Assembly (NCBI GenBank): GCA_040876835.1
Contig: JBBDOX010000016.1
Span: 98,875-162,874 of the forward strand
Direction of reading: 5' to 3'
Origin: Candidatus Anderseniibacteriota bacterium
Lineage (GTDB): Bacteria > Patescibacteriota > Andersenbacteria > UBA10190
DNA: 64,000 nt
The notes under the pieces were generated by a model. That model did no database searches, was not told the DNA's origin, and saw only the letters and a program-made list of their open reading frames with translations. The position numbers and the translations under genes were made by a program. How positions within the stretch are numbered: the stretch's first letter is position 1; every line of letters starts with the position of its first letter. This document shows, piece by piece, positions 1 through 9,277 of the stretch.

Positions 1-372
1 AATAGCTCGATTGTCATCGACGACAGCTATTCCGCCAGTGAAGATGCGGTGTGCAATGCAGTAAAACATCTTTCGCAATTCCCGCGGAGTGATAAGCGGG
101 TTATTATGGTTCCAGTGATTGAACTTGGCACAGAAGGATCAGCTGTACATACGCGCTTAAGCAAAGTGTTAGCTGCAAGCAAGGCGCGCGTATTTGTGTA
201 TGGGGACACATTCGCAGAGGAGTTGTCGTCAGCAATTCCCGCTGATCAAATTTCGTGGTTCGCTGATGCTAAAGCATTAGCCTCAGCGGCGACGGAAGGA
301 GTATCAAAAGATACTGTTGTTTTGCTGGAAGGCCGTATTCCCGCGGTTGTCCGTAAGTCCTTTTTTCTCTAA
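1..372 (+). CDS. murF: UDP-N-acetylmuramoyl-tripeptide--D-alanyl-D-alanine ligase (MurF-like Mur ligase), C-terminal fragment; 5' end lies outside the window
   Basis: Frame +1 from nt 1 reads NSSIVIDDSYSASEDAV...RVIMVPVIELGTEGSAVHTRL. IDDSYSAS resembles the Mur-ligase C-terminal IDDSYNANP motif and is followed by the conserved ELG...H segment. The listed ORF 49-372 is the internal GTG-initiated remainder of this frame. Confidence 0.55.
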   Translation, partial: NSSIVIDDSYSASEDAVCNAVKHLSQFPRSDKRVIMVPVIELGTEGSAVHTRLSKVLAASKARVFVYGDTFAEELSSAIPADQISWFADAKALASAATEGVSKDTVVLLEGRIPAVVRKSFFL

Positions 373-377
373 GTCCT

Positions 378-1649
378 ATGCAGCGACCGGTCACTATTTC
401 TCTCTCCCCCAATACCGAACTGGACGATATCCGGCAGGCGCATCGGGTATTGTGGCACCCGGCATCCTGGAAAGATACATCAATCTTTTCAGAGATCACC
501 AGCGCTCTTTCTTCGCATCTAGGTGGAAGAATGATTGCCCTTACCAGTTCGGCTCGCCAGGCTTTGTATGACGGCTTGCGGGCTGCCGGAATCGGCAAGG
601 GTGATGAAGTTATAGTTCAGGCTTTCACCTGCATTGCTGTACCCGAGCCGATTCTCTGGCTTAGCGCTACACCTGTCTATGCCGATATCATTCCGGATAC
701 GTACAATATTGATCCAGCAAGTGTGCGGGAGCGGATAACTGAAAAAACAAAGGCAATTATCATACAGCATACATTCGGTATTCCCGGACCGATTGAGGAG
801 CTTCGGGCAATCGCACGAGAGCACAACCTGCTGCTGATCGAGGATTGTGCCCATGCTTTAGGGGGCACCTATCACAATCAAGCGTTGGGTACATTCGGAG
901 ACATGGCCATTTTGAGCTTTGGTCGTGACAAGACGCTATCATCAGTGTTTGGGGGAGCGGTTGTGAGCGCTAATCAAACCCTTATCCGACGCATCCAGCA
1001 ATACGCTCAGGAGCGTTCATATCCGCCTCATCGCTGGGTATTCCAACAGCTGATGCACCCTGTTCTGCTCCACCTTCTTCTACCTCTGTATTTCACCGGC
1101 GGTATAGGCAAGGCAGCCTTAGTGCTCGCTCAGAAGTTGGGGATATTAAGCAAGGCCGTAGCTGTCGAAGAGCGGCAGGGTCGCCGACCTGGACATTTTC
1201 GTTATCGCTTCTCTCCAGCTTTAGGTCATCTGCTTCATATGCAGATCCATAAACTCCAGCGATTTACCAAAGCACGTCAAGATCTTGTTCGTGTGTACTT
1301 GGATGAGTTACGCGATGTTGTAACGCTGCCCACTATCCCGGCAAACTGCGAGCCGGCCTGGCTGCGATTTCCTATTTTGTCTAAAGACCCCAGGAAACTC
1401 CGAGACGAGGCGTTGGGTCAGGAGATGATGCTGGGTGACTGGTACGATGCCCCGCTCGTGCCCAGCACATGCTCCCTTGAAGCATTTAAATATACAGCGG
1501 GTTCCTGCCCGAATGCTGAGGACGTCGCACGTCGGGTGGTGAATCTTCCGACGTATCCCCTCTTAACTGACAAGCAGGCGACTCAGGTGGTGGAATTGGT
1601 AAAACACACCGAAGGCAGTAGTCTTGAATCATGGAATTTCGAGAAGTAA
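378..1649 (+). CDS. DegT/DnrJ/EryC1/StrS-family PLP-dependent sugar aminotransferase
   Basis: 423 aa. Characteristic layout: AxTSSARQAL near the N-terminus, then DEVIVQAFTCIA, then IEDCAHALG, then SFGRDKTLSS with the putative PLP lysine. Family assignment follows from the ordering of these motifs. Confidence 0.7.
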   Translation: MQRPVTISLSPNTELDDIRQAHRVLWHPASWKDTSIFSEITSALSSHLGGRMIALTSSARQALYDGLRAAGIGKGDEVIVQAFTCIAVPEPILWLSATPVYADIIPDTYNIDPASVRERITEKTKAIIIQHTFGIPGPIEELRAIAREHNLLLIEDCAHALGGTYHNQALGTFGDMAILSFGRDKTLSSVFGGAVVSANQTLIRRIQQYAQERSYPPHRWVFQQLMHPVLLHLLLPLYFTGGIGKAALVLAQKLGILSKAVAVEERQGRRPGHFRYRFSPALGHLLHMQIHKLQRFTKARQDLVRVYLDELRDVVTLPTIPANCEPAWLRFPILSKDPRKLRDEALGQEMMLGDWYDAPLVPSTCSLEAFKYTAGSCPNAEDVARRVVNLPTYPLLTDKQATQVVELVKHTEGSSLESWNFEK

Positions 1650-2650
1650 CAGATAAGAGACAGTGGAATGATTTTGTATTGGCCAAAGCGCCCAATACGT
1701 TTTTACAGTCCTGGGAGTGGGGTCAGATACAACAGCGTGATGGTGAGAAGGTTCGATACTTGGGATGGTTTGATGAAGAGCAACAGGTTGGCGCATCGCT
1801 GCTCATAACCGTAAAGGCGAGACGGGGTACTCATTTATTCTGCCCGCATGGCCCGATTGGAAAAGATGAGGTGACAACCCGTAAAATTATCCGGGAACTC
1901 GTTCAGCAGGTCCCGGCCTTTGCTCGGGAAGATGGTGCTGTAGCCCTGCGCATTGCTCCTCTGCTGGAAACTACAGTGGATACGAAGCAGCTCTTTAAAG
2001 ATCTCGGCTTCCGTCCATCCCCACTGCATGTTCACGCGGAACTTACCTGGGTGAAGGATATTTCCGCAGATGAGGAGTCCTTGCTTACTGCTATGCGCAA
2101 GACAACCCGGCACGCTATCAAGAAAGCCCAGAAGGAAGGTGTAACGGTTGAAGTTGTCCGCAATATCACAGCCTTAGATCGCTTTTGGCCCTTGTATATC
2201 GCGACAAAAAACCGTCACGAGTTTGTCCCGTTTCCTAAAGAGTTTATTGCGGCGCAGTTTGAAGAATTCATGAAGGAAGATCGGGCCTTTGCTATCATTG
2301 CTCGATACAATAATGAAGACGTAGCAGCCGCTGTCATTTTCCAGTTTGGCTCTACTTCTTTCTACTACCACGGTGCTTCAACGAAACTACCAGCATCCGT
2401 ACCGGCAGCTCAGCTGCTGCAGTGGGAGGCAATACGGGAAGCCAAACACAGTGGTGCAACCCGGTATAATTTCTGGGGAATTGCGCCAGACGATCAGCCG
2501 AATCATCCCTTCGCCGGCATCACGACATTTAAAAAAGGATTCGGTGGTAAAGCTGTAGATTACCTACACGCCCAGGACCTGCCGCTGTCGCCCAGGTACT
2601 GGAAACTGTGGGCTATAGATACGTATCGGAGAATACGCCGCGGGTTCTAG
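1631..2650 (+). CDS. FemAB-family (FemX-like) peptidoglycan interpeptide aminoacyl-transferase
   Basis: 339 aa. The N-terminal 'TFLQSWEWGQ' is typical of FemAB and lipid II aminoacyl transferases. The ORF overlaps the upstream gene by 19 nt. Confidence 0.5.
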   Translation: MEFREVTDKRQWNDFVLAKAPNTFLQSWEWGQIQQRDGEKVRYLGWFDEEQQVGASLLITVKARRGTHLFCPHGPIGKDEVTTRKIIRELVQQVPAFAREDGAVALRIAPLLETTVDTKQLFKDLGFRPSPLHVHAELTWVKDISADEESLLTAMRKTTRHAIKKAQKEGVTVEVVRNITALDRFWPLYIATKNRHEFVPFPKEFIAAQFEEFMKEDRAFAIIARYNNEDVAAAVIFQFGSTSFYYHGASTKLPASVPAAQLLQWEAIREAKHSGATRYNFWGIAPDDQPNHPFAGITTFKKGFGGKAVDYLHAQDLPLSPRYWKLWAIDTYRRIRRGF

Positions 2651-3054
2651 TATTTGTTCGCTTCAAGAGCAGAAATTCGTTTCTCGTACCGCTCCTGTTT
2701 TTCCTTGATCATCAGAACTTCATCACTACGGGCGGCACCGACATCCACCATTCGGTTATCAATATATGAATCAATATGTTCAAACAATTCATCAAATCGT
2801 TTATCCATTCTGCTCTCTAGACCATTCAAGTCGCTCTTTGTAGCCATCCTGAGTGTCTCCATATCATCCTTTGTAGCCATCCTGAGTGTCTCCATATCAT
2901 CCTTTGTAGCCATCCTGTTTTCAAGTGCCTTTAAATCGTCCTTGGTGGCAACCTGCTGAAACGCGGAATTTACCGCGTGCATCGCTTCGTTAAACTCACC
3001 TCGAGTGACAGGCTCATTAGGATCACCTTCGGCGGGAAGAATTTCAGCAATCAT
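2647..3054 (-). CDS. Small hydrophilic coiled-coil-like protein with 11-aa tandem repeats (RMATKDDMETL x2 plus a degenerate third)
   Basis: 135 aa ORF. It overlaps the upstream gene by 4 nt (ATGA) and is the last gene of a minus-strand operon. It contains a perfect 33-bp tandem DNA repeat. Confidence 0.5.
   Translation of the reverse strand: MIAEILPAEGDPNEPVTRGEFNEAMHAVNSAFQQVATKDDLKALENRMATKDDMETLRMATKDDMETLRMATKSDLNGLESRMDKRFDELFEHIDSYIDNRMVDVGAARSDEVLMIKEKQERYEKRISALEANKY
2841..2917. repeat. Perfect tandem direct repeat: 33-bp unit 'tagccatcctgagtgtctccatatcatcctttg' x2 (2841-2873, 2874-2906) plus an 11-bp partial third copy
   Basis: Read directly from the sequence. The repeat is in frame within CDS 2647-3054 and encodes KDDMETLRMAT repeats. 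Confidence 0.9.
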
Positions 3055-4511
3055 TCGCTCATTATGCCATCAGTTTCTGCGGTCAGCAACGCTTGTGAAG
3101 TAACTGCGGCGACAATCCAGAAAATCGCGTTTGTGGGAAAGATATCCCAGATATCAATGATAAGGGCTTGAACGAGAAAAGCGGTTAAGAATGCTCCGGC
3201 CCACAGACCAATCAGAGGCTTTTGTGTTCGAGCAATGCGCACGGCCGCACTTCCCACCCGCCAGTACAGCCAACCGTAGAGCACTAGCCCTACTACTCCC
3301 ATTTCTATAAACGTCTTCAGGTACTGGTTATCAACAAGAGTTTGGTCTTTCGTCAGTTGCACACTACGGGAGGCACCGGTGGCGATATCGTAGACTCCCA
3401 GATCAGTTTCACGGAAATTTTGCTCAAGCACGTCTCCTAACCCCCGTCCGAATACTGCTTCTGCATACGTCATGGGAGCAATCAAGCGCACGAGAAACTC
3501 GAGACGCTCCTCATTACTGCCGTAGGTAGGATCCACAATTGATCGCAGAAGCGGCCCAGCAGGAGTCGCTGTGACAAGCAGAATTCCCAGCAGCAATCCC
3601 CCGACTCCAAATCCGGTCGCCAGACTGGCAACTTTTTTTCTGGAGAGGCGTCCTGCTGCCAGATGCAGCAGGTAGAGTAGTCCCCCAACACCAAGAGCTG
3701 CTGCCAAGCCAAGCCAGACTCCTCGTGAATAGGTGGCGTATGTCACTATAAGAGACAGTATAACCGTTGCTAACACACCAGCTCGAATCTTCATTGAACG
3801 GACTGACACAGCAATTGCTACCAGCAATGTTTGGACAGTAATTAGGTATTCTCCGAAAATACTGGGGTGAGCCAGGATTCCGGAGATGCGCGGAATCCAG
3901 TTCTGGGTTAGCGGTTCAAACCGGAGCACCGCACTGTCCTGGGCAAAGAACCACTGCCAGGCGCCTAGAGATAATGTGACGATAAACGTGGCCAGTACCC
4001 ACCCCAGGCGCTGCTGCAAGGTTTTTTTATCATGCCGTAGGTACAGCACTCCGAAAAACAGGAGGATATACAACACGATATCTCGCAAGCGCAAAATACC
4101 CAGCACAAGAGAATCCGCCTGAAGGGCGGAAATAGTTGACCAGATCACTAAGGCTACGATCGGTGCCCACAAGATATTACGGCGATACTCCAATTTCTTC
4201 GCAAGCAGCGGAATGAAGAACATCCGCATAAATAACGTGATGATAATAACATCTTTAATGAGAGAGAAGGTGCCGATTGTCTGCGTAATTTTAAGCATTG
4301 GCAGAATGGGCATTAACACCAGAAAAAGGAGAAAGCCTTCCTCTGGATATTCCCATACCCACCAGGCAACAGCGGCAAACAGTAGAGTAAAGACGCCAAA
4401 TTGCAGACTAAAGAAAAAACTGATAAACGCTGCCACCAGGGTAATAATAAGCGCCCAGGCATAGCGCGGGTTAACTGTTAATCCTCTTGCATGTTCAAAG
4501 CGTCCAATCAT
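3051..4511 (-). CDS. O-antigen ligase / O-antigen polymerase family (Wzy_C) polytopic membrane protein
   Basis: 486 aa with about 10-12 hydrophobic segments. It carries a 'YATYSRGVWLGL' SRG motif, and later 'DNQYLKTFIEMGVVGLVLY', which resembles the Wzy_C H/N-x-YL...G..G signature. Confidence 0.55.
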   Translation of the reverse strand: MIGRFEHARGLTVNPRYAWALIITLVAAFISFFFSLQFGVFTLLFAAVAWWVWEYPEEGFLLFLVLMPILPMLKITQTIGTFSLIKDVIIITLFMRMFFIPLLAKKLEYRRNILWAPIVALVIWSTISALQADSLVLGILRLRDIVLYILLFFGVLYLRHDKKTLQQRLGWVLATFIVTLSLGAWQWFFAQDSAVLRFEPLTQNWIPRISGILAHPSIFGEYLITVQTLLVAIAVSVRSMKIRAGVLATVILSLIVTYATYSRGVWLGLAAALGVGGLLYLLHLAAGRLSRKKVASLATGFGVGGLLLGILLVTATPAGPLLRSIVDPTYGSNEERLEFLVRLIAPMTYAEAVFGRGLGDVLEQNFRETDLGVYDIATGASRSVQLTKDQTLVDNQYLKTFIEMGVVGLVLYGWLYWRVGSAAVRIARTQKPLIGLWAGAFLTAFLVQALIIDIWDIFPTNAIFWIVAAVTSQALLTAETDGIMSE

Positions 4512-5410
4512 GATATAAGCACTTTTTTATTTTTCTTCTGCACCATTCGATGCTTTAATGATGCCGGAAGAGACAGAAGGACGGCAACCGGGAACAAAAG
4601 CGTGAGAACTGCACCAGCAATGATTCCCAGATGTTTGTTTGCATACCGGTAACCACTCACGAGAAAAGGTAGCGAGCGTCGCAGTCCCACTAGTTGATTA
4701 AAACTTACTCCCCCGTAGTGCAGTACAGCAGCGTTCGGTGTATACATAGTTTTCCATCCAGCCTGCTGGGCTCGTTTGCAGTAATCAACCTCTTCAAACC
4801 AGATCCAATACCTTTCATCTAGCGGGCCGACCGCATCCATAGTTTCGTCGCGAATAAGATAGGCTGCCCCCTTTACTTCGTCCACCACCGTTTCGGTACT
4901 GATCCCAGCCTGCCCCTTCATGCTGTTGGGAAACAGTGAATGCAACTTCAGGTACACCGTAATAAGTGTTCCTAGTGTAGGAAAAGAATGAACGGAAGCC
5001 TGAAACTTTCCCCCCGGCTCAAACAGTTTTGGCCCCACAATACCTACATCGCCGTGCCGATCCAATACGTTCAGCATTGTCAGGAGGGCTGCCGGTTGAA
5101 CTTCCGTATCGGGATTTAATAACAGGATATGCTGATCCATTCCATGAGCGTGCAAAGTCCAATCAATGCCTACGTTATTGGCTTTGGCAAACCCTGCATT
5201 TGTTTTTAACTGCTTCCACTCAACCGGTATACCGTAGGTATCCACCTTAGCCTGCTCAACCGAATCATCCGTTGATGCGTTGTCAACCACTACCACCTGA
5301 GTGATCAGATCTTTTTCCGGTAAGGCGCTCAAAGATTCCAGACAACGCTTAAGCAGCGATCCAGTATTCCAGTTAACGATGATTACAGATAAACCTTTCA
5401 TGACAGACAC
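4508..5410 (-). CDS. GT2-family glycosyltransferase
   Basis: 300 aa. 'LSVIIVNWNTGSLLKRCLESL...VVVVDNASTDDS' is the classic GT-A N-terminus. Confidence 0.8.
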   Translation of the reverse strand: MSVMKGLSVIIVNWNTGSLLKRCLESLSALPEKDLITQVVVVDNASTDDSVEQAKVDTYGIPVEWKQLKTNAGFAKANNVGIDWTLHAHGMDQHILLLNPDTEVQPAALLTMLNVLDRHGDVGIVGPKLFEPGGKFQASVHSFPTLGTLITVYLKLHSLFPNSMKGQAGISTETVVDEVKGAAYLIRDETMDAVGPLDERYWIWFEEVDYCKRAQQAGWKTMYTPNAAVLHYGGVSFNQLVGLRRSLPFLVSGYRYANKHLGIIAGAVLTLLFPVAVLLSLPASLKHRMVQKKNKKVLIS

Positions 5411-6501
5411 CGATTAATAATATCAAACGTTTGTTGTGCTGTTTTCTCCCAGGTAAACTTCTGGGCTTGAGCAAGGCTCTTTGTAATGAGCTTGTCTCGC
5501 TCAAGGCGCGCCTGCTGAATACCACGAGCAATACTCGTAGGGTTATAGGGATCAACAAGTATAGCAGCCTCCCCGGCCACTTCTGGCATGGAGGAAACAT
5601 CACTCGTAACAACAGGTGCGCCACACGCCATCGCTTCTATAATCGGGATACCAAAGCCCTCATACAAGCTGACCAACGTAAATACTTCAGCATAAGTATA
5701 TAAAGCCGGGAGAAGTTCGTCGGATACGCGACCCAGCAATAAAATGTCCCTGACATAGGGTGAGGACTTGATACGATCTTCAATCGGTTTTCGTAGCCAA
5801 CCGTGACTGCCGCCGATAACCAGCTGTATTTCCGAGTCCTCCTTTTTAAGTTCTTCGAATGCTTCAATTAAACGAACCAGATTTTTTCGAGGCTGAATTT
5901 GTCCAAGATACAAGATATATGGCTTGCGTAATGCCGGATAGGCAGTTGCAAGTTGTTTCCAAGCAGATTCCTTCTCCTGCACATCAAACTTTTCATGATC
6001 CACACCGTGATGGACGACGTGCACATTCTTAGTACGGCCATATATCTTTTTAATATCATCAGCTGTTGTTTGAGACACCGCAATTAGGTGATCAGCCTCA
6101 ATAATTGCCTGTGCACCGAAAATGGTTAGCAACAGCCAGTTCTTGTAAGTAAACTGCTCGGGGAAGTAATGATAGGCCAGATCATGAATGACTGCGAGGG
6201 TTTTCATTTTGCGGGGACGAACAAGGGGCAGCTGCTGAATTGGCATAAACAAAAGATCCGGCTTTTCTTTATACAACTCCATCGGCATTCGGGACTGAGT
6301 CCAGTATTTCGGCCACGGAGACGGCGCCCACGCTGCATTATCTCTCAGCCTTGGGTGTGCCGGAACCTGACATTGCAGCATCATCTTCCAGGTATGTTCA
6401 GGTGCTACTTTTGGAAGACGGGCGACGAGCTCGTATGTGTACCGAGTCGTTCCGTCAGCCTGGCCGGCACACAGATCGGATGCATCAAAGGCGATTTTCA
6501 T
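5398..6501 (-). CDS. GT4-family (GT-B) glycosyltransferase
   Basis: 367 aa. 'SLYEGFGIPIIEAMACGAPVVTSDVSSMPEVAG' is the Glycos_transf_1 signature. Confidence 0.8.
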   Translation of the reverse strand: MKIAFDASDLCAGQADGTTRYTYELVARLPKVAPEHTWKMMLQCQVPAHPRLRDNAAWAPSPWPKYWTQSRMPMELYKEKPDLLFMPIQQLPLVRPRKMKTLAVIHDLAYHYFPEQFTYKNWLLLTIFGAQAIIEADHLIAVSQTTADDIKKIYGRTKNVHVVHHGVDHEKFDVQEKESAWKQLATAYPALRKPYILYLGQIQPRKNLVRLIEAFEELKKEDSEIQLVIGGSHGWLRKPIEDRIKSSPYVRDILLLGRVSDELLPALYTYAEVFTLVSLYEGFGIPIIEAMACGAPVVTSDVSSMPEVAGEAAILVDPYNPTSIARGIQQARLERDKLITKSLAQAQKFTWEKTAQQTFDIINRCLS

Positions 6502-9173
6502 GACCGTAGCGTATCACGAATTAATGCAAGTAATTGCCCCACACGGGCATCCCATCCATGCTGTCGAGCTAGTTCTTTCCGTTTAATTTCCCCCAGCGTC
6601 TCATGTCGCATCCACTCTTCGATTAATCGCTCGAATTCCCTCGACGAATGAGCATAGCCGATCAAATCCTCATACTGCTTCAATTCAGGCAATCCGGAAA
6701 CCACCAGCGGTTTGCCCGTAGCCATAAACTCCCAGAACTTTAGGGGGAAGCTGGCCTTGTTGTACGCGCTCGCCCGGTATGGAATGACGCAAACATCAAA
6801 GTAGTGGACATACGCAGGTACGTCTTCTCGCACGATTGTTCCCATTATGTGCACATTCGGTAGCTTTACCAACTCCGTTAAGGCTGGAGTTCTTTCATCA
6901 ACAACTGGCGACCCGACAAAAACAAATTGCCAGTCTGGATGCGCGCGAGCTACTGACTTAAGAAGCTCGAAATCAAATTTGTAAGCATCTAGCGCACCAA
7001 CCGATCCTATGATCGGATGCGGGATATCCTGAAGCGCTTCGAGCGCCCCCTGCTGCGCTGTTGCGGATACGGGTTTACTAAACAGTTCAACATCCCCAGC
7101 ATTCAAAACCAGACGCACGTTCTTGTGCTGACCTTTCTTCATGTCATATAGCGCTTTAGAAGTAACAGTGACGAGATCAGAGTGCTGAAATATCCGGTGT
7201 TCTTCAGCATGAACGCGTTTCGGATTGCGACTTACCCCCGCCTGCATCGCGTGATTATCAACACAGTCATATATCACCGTTGAGTTCGAAAAGGCATTCA
7301 GGTACTCAGCCGCCTCCGTGTCATAAATCCACATCACCTGTGTTCCCTCTCGAAAACCCAGCCACCAAGCCTTGCTCAACACACACCAGCGATTGAGGTA
7401 GTGATTCAGCAGTGCCACCCAGCGGTATTCACGGGAACCGGGAATGAGATTCCACTGAGAAATAACGTAGAGGTTTTGCTCATGTTGCTGATACCAGAGT
7501 ACTTGTTTTGCGAATTGAAGAAGTTCAGCAGGCTTCGCTAGGCGTTTCAAGAGATACCGCAGTATCCACACGCGTGGTTCGACGTACAATACGCGGTGCT
7601 GCTTCGCGACGCGATGCATCACGTGCTGACGATTCGTCCAGGTAGGTTGCAAATATTCCGCGCCGGCAAAACAGACAACATTCCATTGGTCGCTGGTAGT
7701 TTCTGCTCCCTTTTGTCGCTTAAGGAGACGAGCGACCTTGGTTGGAATCAGCTGGCTGCGATGGGCTTCGTACCCGGTATATACGCCGATGAGGATAAAT
7801 CCGATGATCCGATACACCAGACTAGGCTCCTGAAACAGCCACCAAACACTAGCAAATAACAGTGTAAGGAGTACTGCCAGCGGTTTCGTTAGGAGGGCAA
7901 TTCCATGTAGCCGCTTCGCGACCACGTTCATCCACACATAAGAGATAGCGGCGCCAGCCAACATGGCTGCACTGGCAAGTAGCGGATCAGGCTTAACAAA
8001 CAGGATCCATACTGTGAGAACCGCAGTTGTTGCCAGCATGACACCATAGATTGACATTCGGCGCTTCGGATCATTAGCCGGTACAAAAATGCTGCTGGTA
8101 CCGATATCCAGGAGGGCGTACAGAAAGAACGCGAGCGTCATCAGCCAGATAATGGGCTCGGCCGGGAGGTACTGCGGTCCGATGATGTACCGCAGTATTT
8201 CGGGCGTGAAGAATAACAGAACGAGTGTCATGAGCATCATCAGCACTAACACCCGATGCATATTCTTGGTTACATTCTTTGAAAATTCTTTCCGTTCGCT
8301 CTCATACAACGAGCTCATCCAGGCGAGGTTTACTTCGGAGAGTGCCATAGCAATAATGGTTAGCTTGGATCCAAAAGTAGACGAAACGTTCAGATATCCC
8401 AATTCTTCTACCGTTACAATCCCGCCTAGCGCTAAGATTGGCAGTCGCTGCCAGACCACAAAAAAGATGCGAGCCACATACATAAAGGCGCCGATGCGCA
8501 TTACGTTCCGCCCATATTTCTTTATATCTGCCTTATTCGGTAGCGACAGATTTCCTGCCAGATATTTGCGTAACAGCCACCAGAACATCACGACCATGAC
8601 GGTAGTGGTGAGAATAACTGCCCAGAAAAATCCACTGACACTAAAGCGCCAGGTTAGATACCCAAAGGCTGCGACATTCAATGTCGCGGTAATAATTTGC
8701 ACCCAGTACAGGGCGGCAAACTTTTTCATGCCGGTTAAGGTGGCGCCGAATACGTCTTGGAACCCTTGCAGTACGAGCGAAGCAGCAAATAGATAGATGT
8801 ATGGAATAATCTCCGGTTTGTTATATACCTTCACGGCAATAACGCCGGCTAGAGCCATCAGGCCAAGTGAGAGCGGAAGAGTAACTGCTTGCCTGACAAT
8901 ATTCGATACCCAAAACACCTTCCCTATCTCATCTTTTTTCTTTCTGATAGCGATCTCGCGAATAGCGCCATCGACGATGCCGAGGTGTTGTGAGACGCCA
9001 ATAACGCTGCCAATGGACATAACAAGGCCCACTAAACCGAATTCGGCGGGTGATAGGACGCGGACGATGATAATGCTTTGAATGACGCCTAAGACGGTAG
9101 TAACCGCCTTAGTCGTTAATGAGAAGAATTGGGTTCGCGCTAAATCCATAAGGCGTATTGTAACCCGTAACAA
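6498..9173 (-). CDS. Fusion protein: N-terminal Wzx-like polysaccharide flippase (MOP superfamily, about 480 aa, about 14 TM) plus a C-terminal GT4-like glycosyltransferase domain
   Basis: 891 aa uninterrupted ORF. The N-terminus resembles polysaccharide-biosynthesis (Wzx) proteins. The C-terminal about 390 aa ends 'FVFVGSPV...YRASAYNKASFPLKFWEFMATGKPLVVSGLPE', typical of a GT-B C-domain. Confidence 0.65.
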   Translation of the reverse strand: MLRVTIRLMDLARTQFFSLTTKAVTTVLGVIQSIIIVRVLSPAEFGLVGLVMSIGSVIGVSQHLGIVDGAIREIAIRKKKDEIGKVFWVSNIVRQAVTLPLSLGLMALAGVIAVKVYNKPEIIPYIYLFAASLVLQGFQDVFGATLTGMKKFAALYWVQIITATLNVAAFGYLTWRFSVSGFFWAVILTTTVMVVMFWWLLRKYLAGNLSLPNKADIKKYGRNVMRIGAFMYVARIFFVVWQRLPILALGGIVTVEELGYLNVSSTFGSKLTIIAMALSEVNLAWMSSLYESERKEFSKNVTKNMHRVLVLMMLMTLVLLFFTPEILRYIIGPQYLPAEPIIWLMTLAFFLYALLDIGTSSIFVPANDPKRRMSIYGVMLATTAVLTVWILFVKPDPLLASAAMLAGAAISYVWMNVVAKRLHGIALLTKPLAVLLTLLFASVWWLFQEPSLVYRIIGFILIGVYTGYEAHRSQLIPTKVARLLKRQKGAETTSDQWNVVCFAGAEYLQPTWTNRQHVMHRVAKQHRVLYVEPRVWILRYLLKRLAKPAELLQFAKQVLWYQQHEQNLYVISQWNLIPGSREYRWVALLNHYLNRWCVLSKAWWLGFREGTQVMWIYDTEAAEYLNAFSNSTVIYDCVDNHAMQAGVSRNPKRVHAEEHRIFQHSDLVTVTSKALYDMKKGQHKNVRLVLNAGDVELFSKPVSATAQQGALEALQDIPHPIIGSVGALDAYKFDFELLKSVARAHPDWQFVFVGSPVVDERTPALTELVKLPNVHIMGTIVREDVPAYVHYFDVCVIPYRASAYNKASFPLKFWEFMATGKPLVVSGLPELKQYEDLIGYAHSSREFERLIEEWMRHETLGEIKRKELARQHGWDARVGQLLALIRDTLRS

Positions 9174-9219
9174 CTAGCGCGTCTTAGGGAGTTTTGCAAG
9201 TAGAAGAAATTTATTAAAC

Positions 9220-9248
9220 AAAAAAATAGCAGCGTTTTCTACACTGCT
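9220..9248 (-). terminator. Rho-independent terminator for gene 9278-9739
   Basis: On the minus-strand RNA an 8-bp stem (AGCAGUGU / ACGCUGCU, including one G-U pair) with a 5-nt loop is followed by AUUUUUUU. On the plus strand this is 9228-9235 and 9241-9248, with the A-run at 9220-9226. Confidence 0.5.
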
Positions 9249-9277
9249 GATTCCTTCAATCAAAGTGCTTAGCCGCC

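Noticed and set aside
2841-2917. Tandem direct repeats, as a possible CRISPR array
   Set aside because: There are only 2.3 contiguous units with no spacers. The repeats are in frame inside a CDS and translate to an 11-aa protein repeat. This is not a CRISPR array.
8089-8796. Long antisense ORFs inside large genes (for example 8089-8796 + at 235 aa, and 23647-24306 - at 219 aa)
   Set aside because: They lie entirely within confidently assigned genes on the opposite strand. Their composition is low-complexity (Ser-, Arg- and Thr-rich), and they have no start context. These are shadow ORFs.
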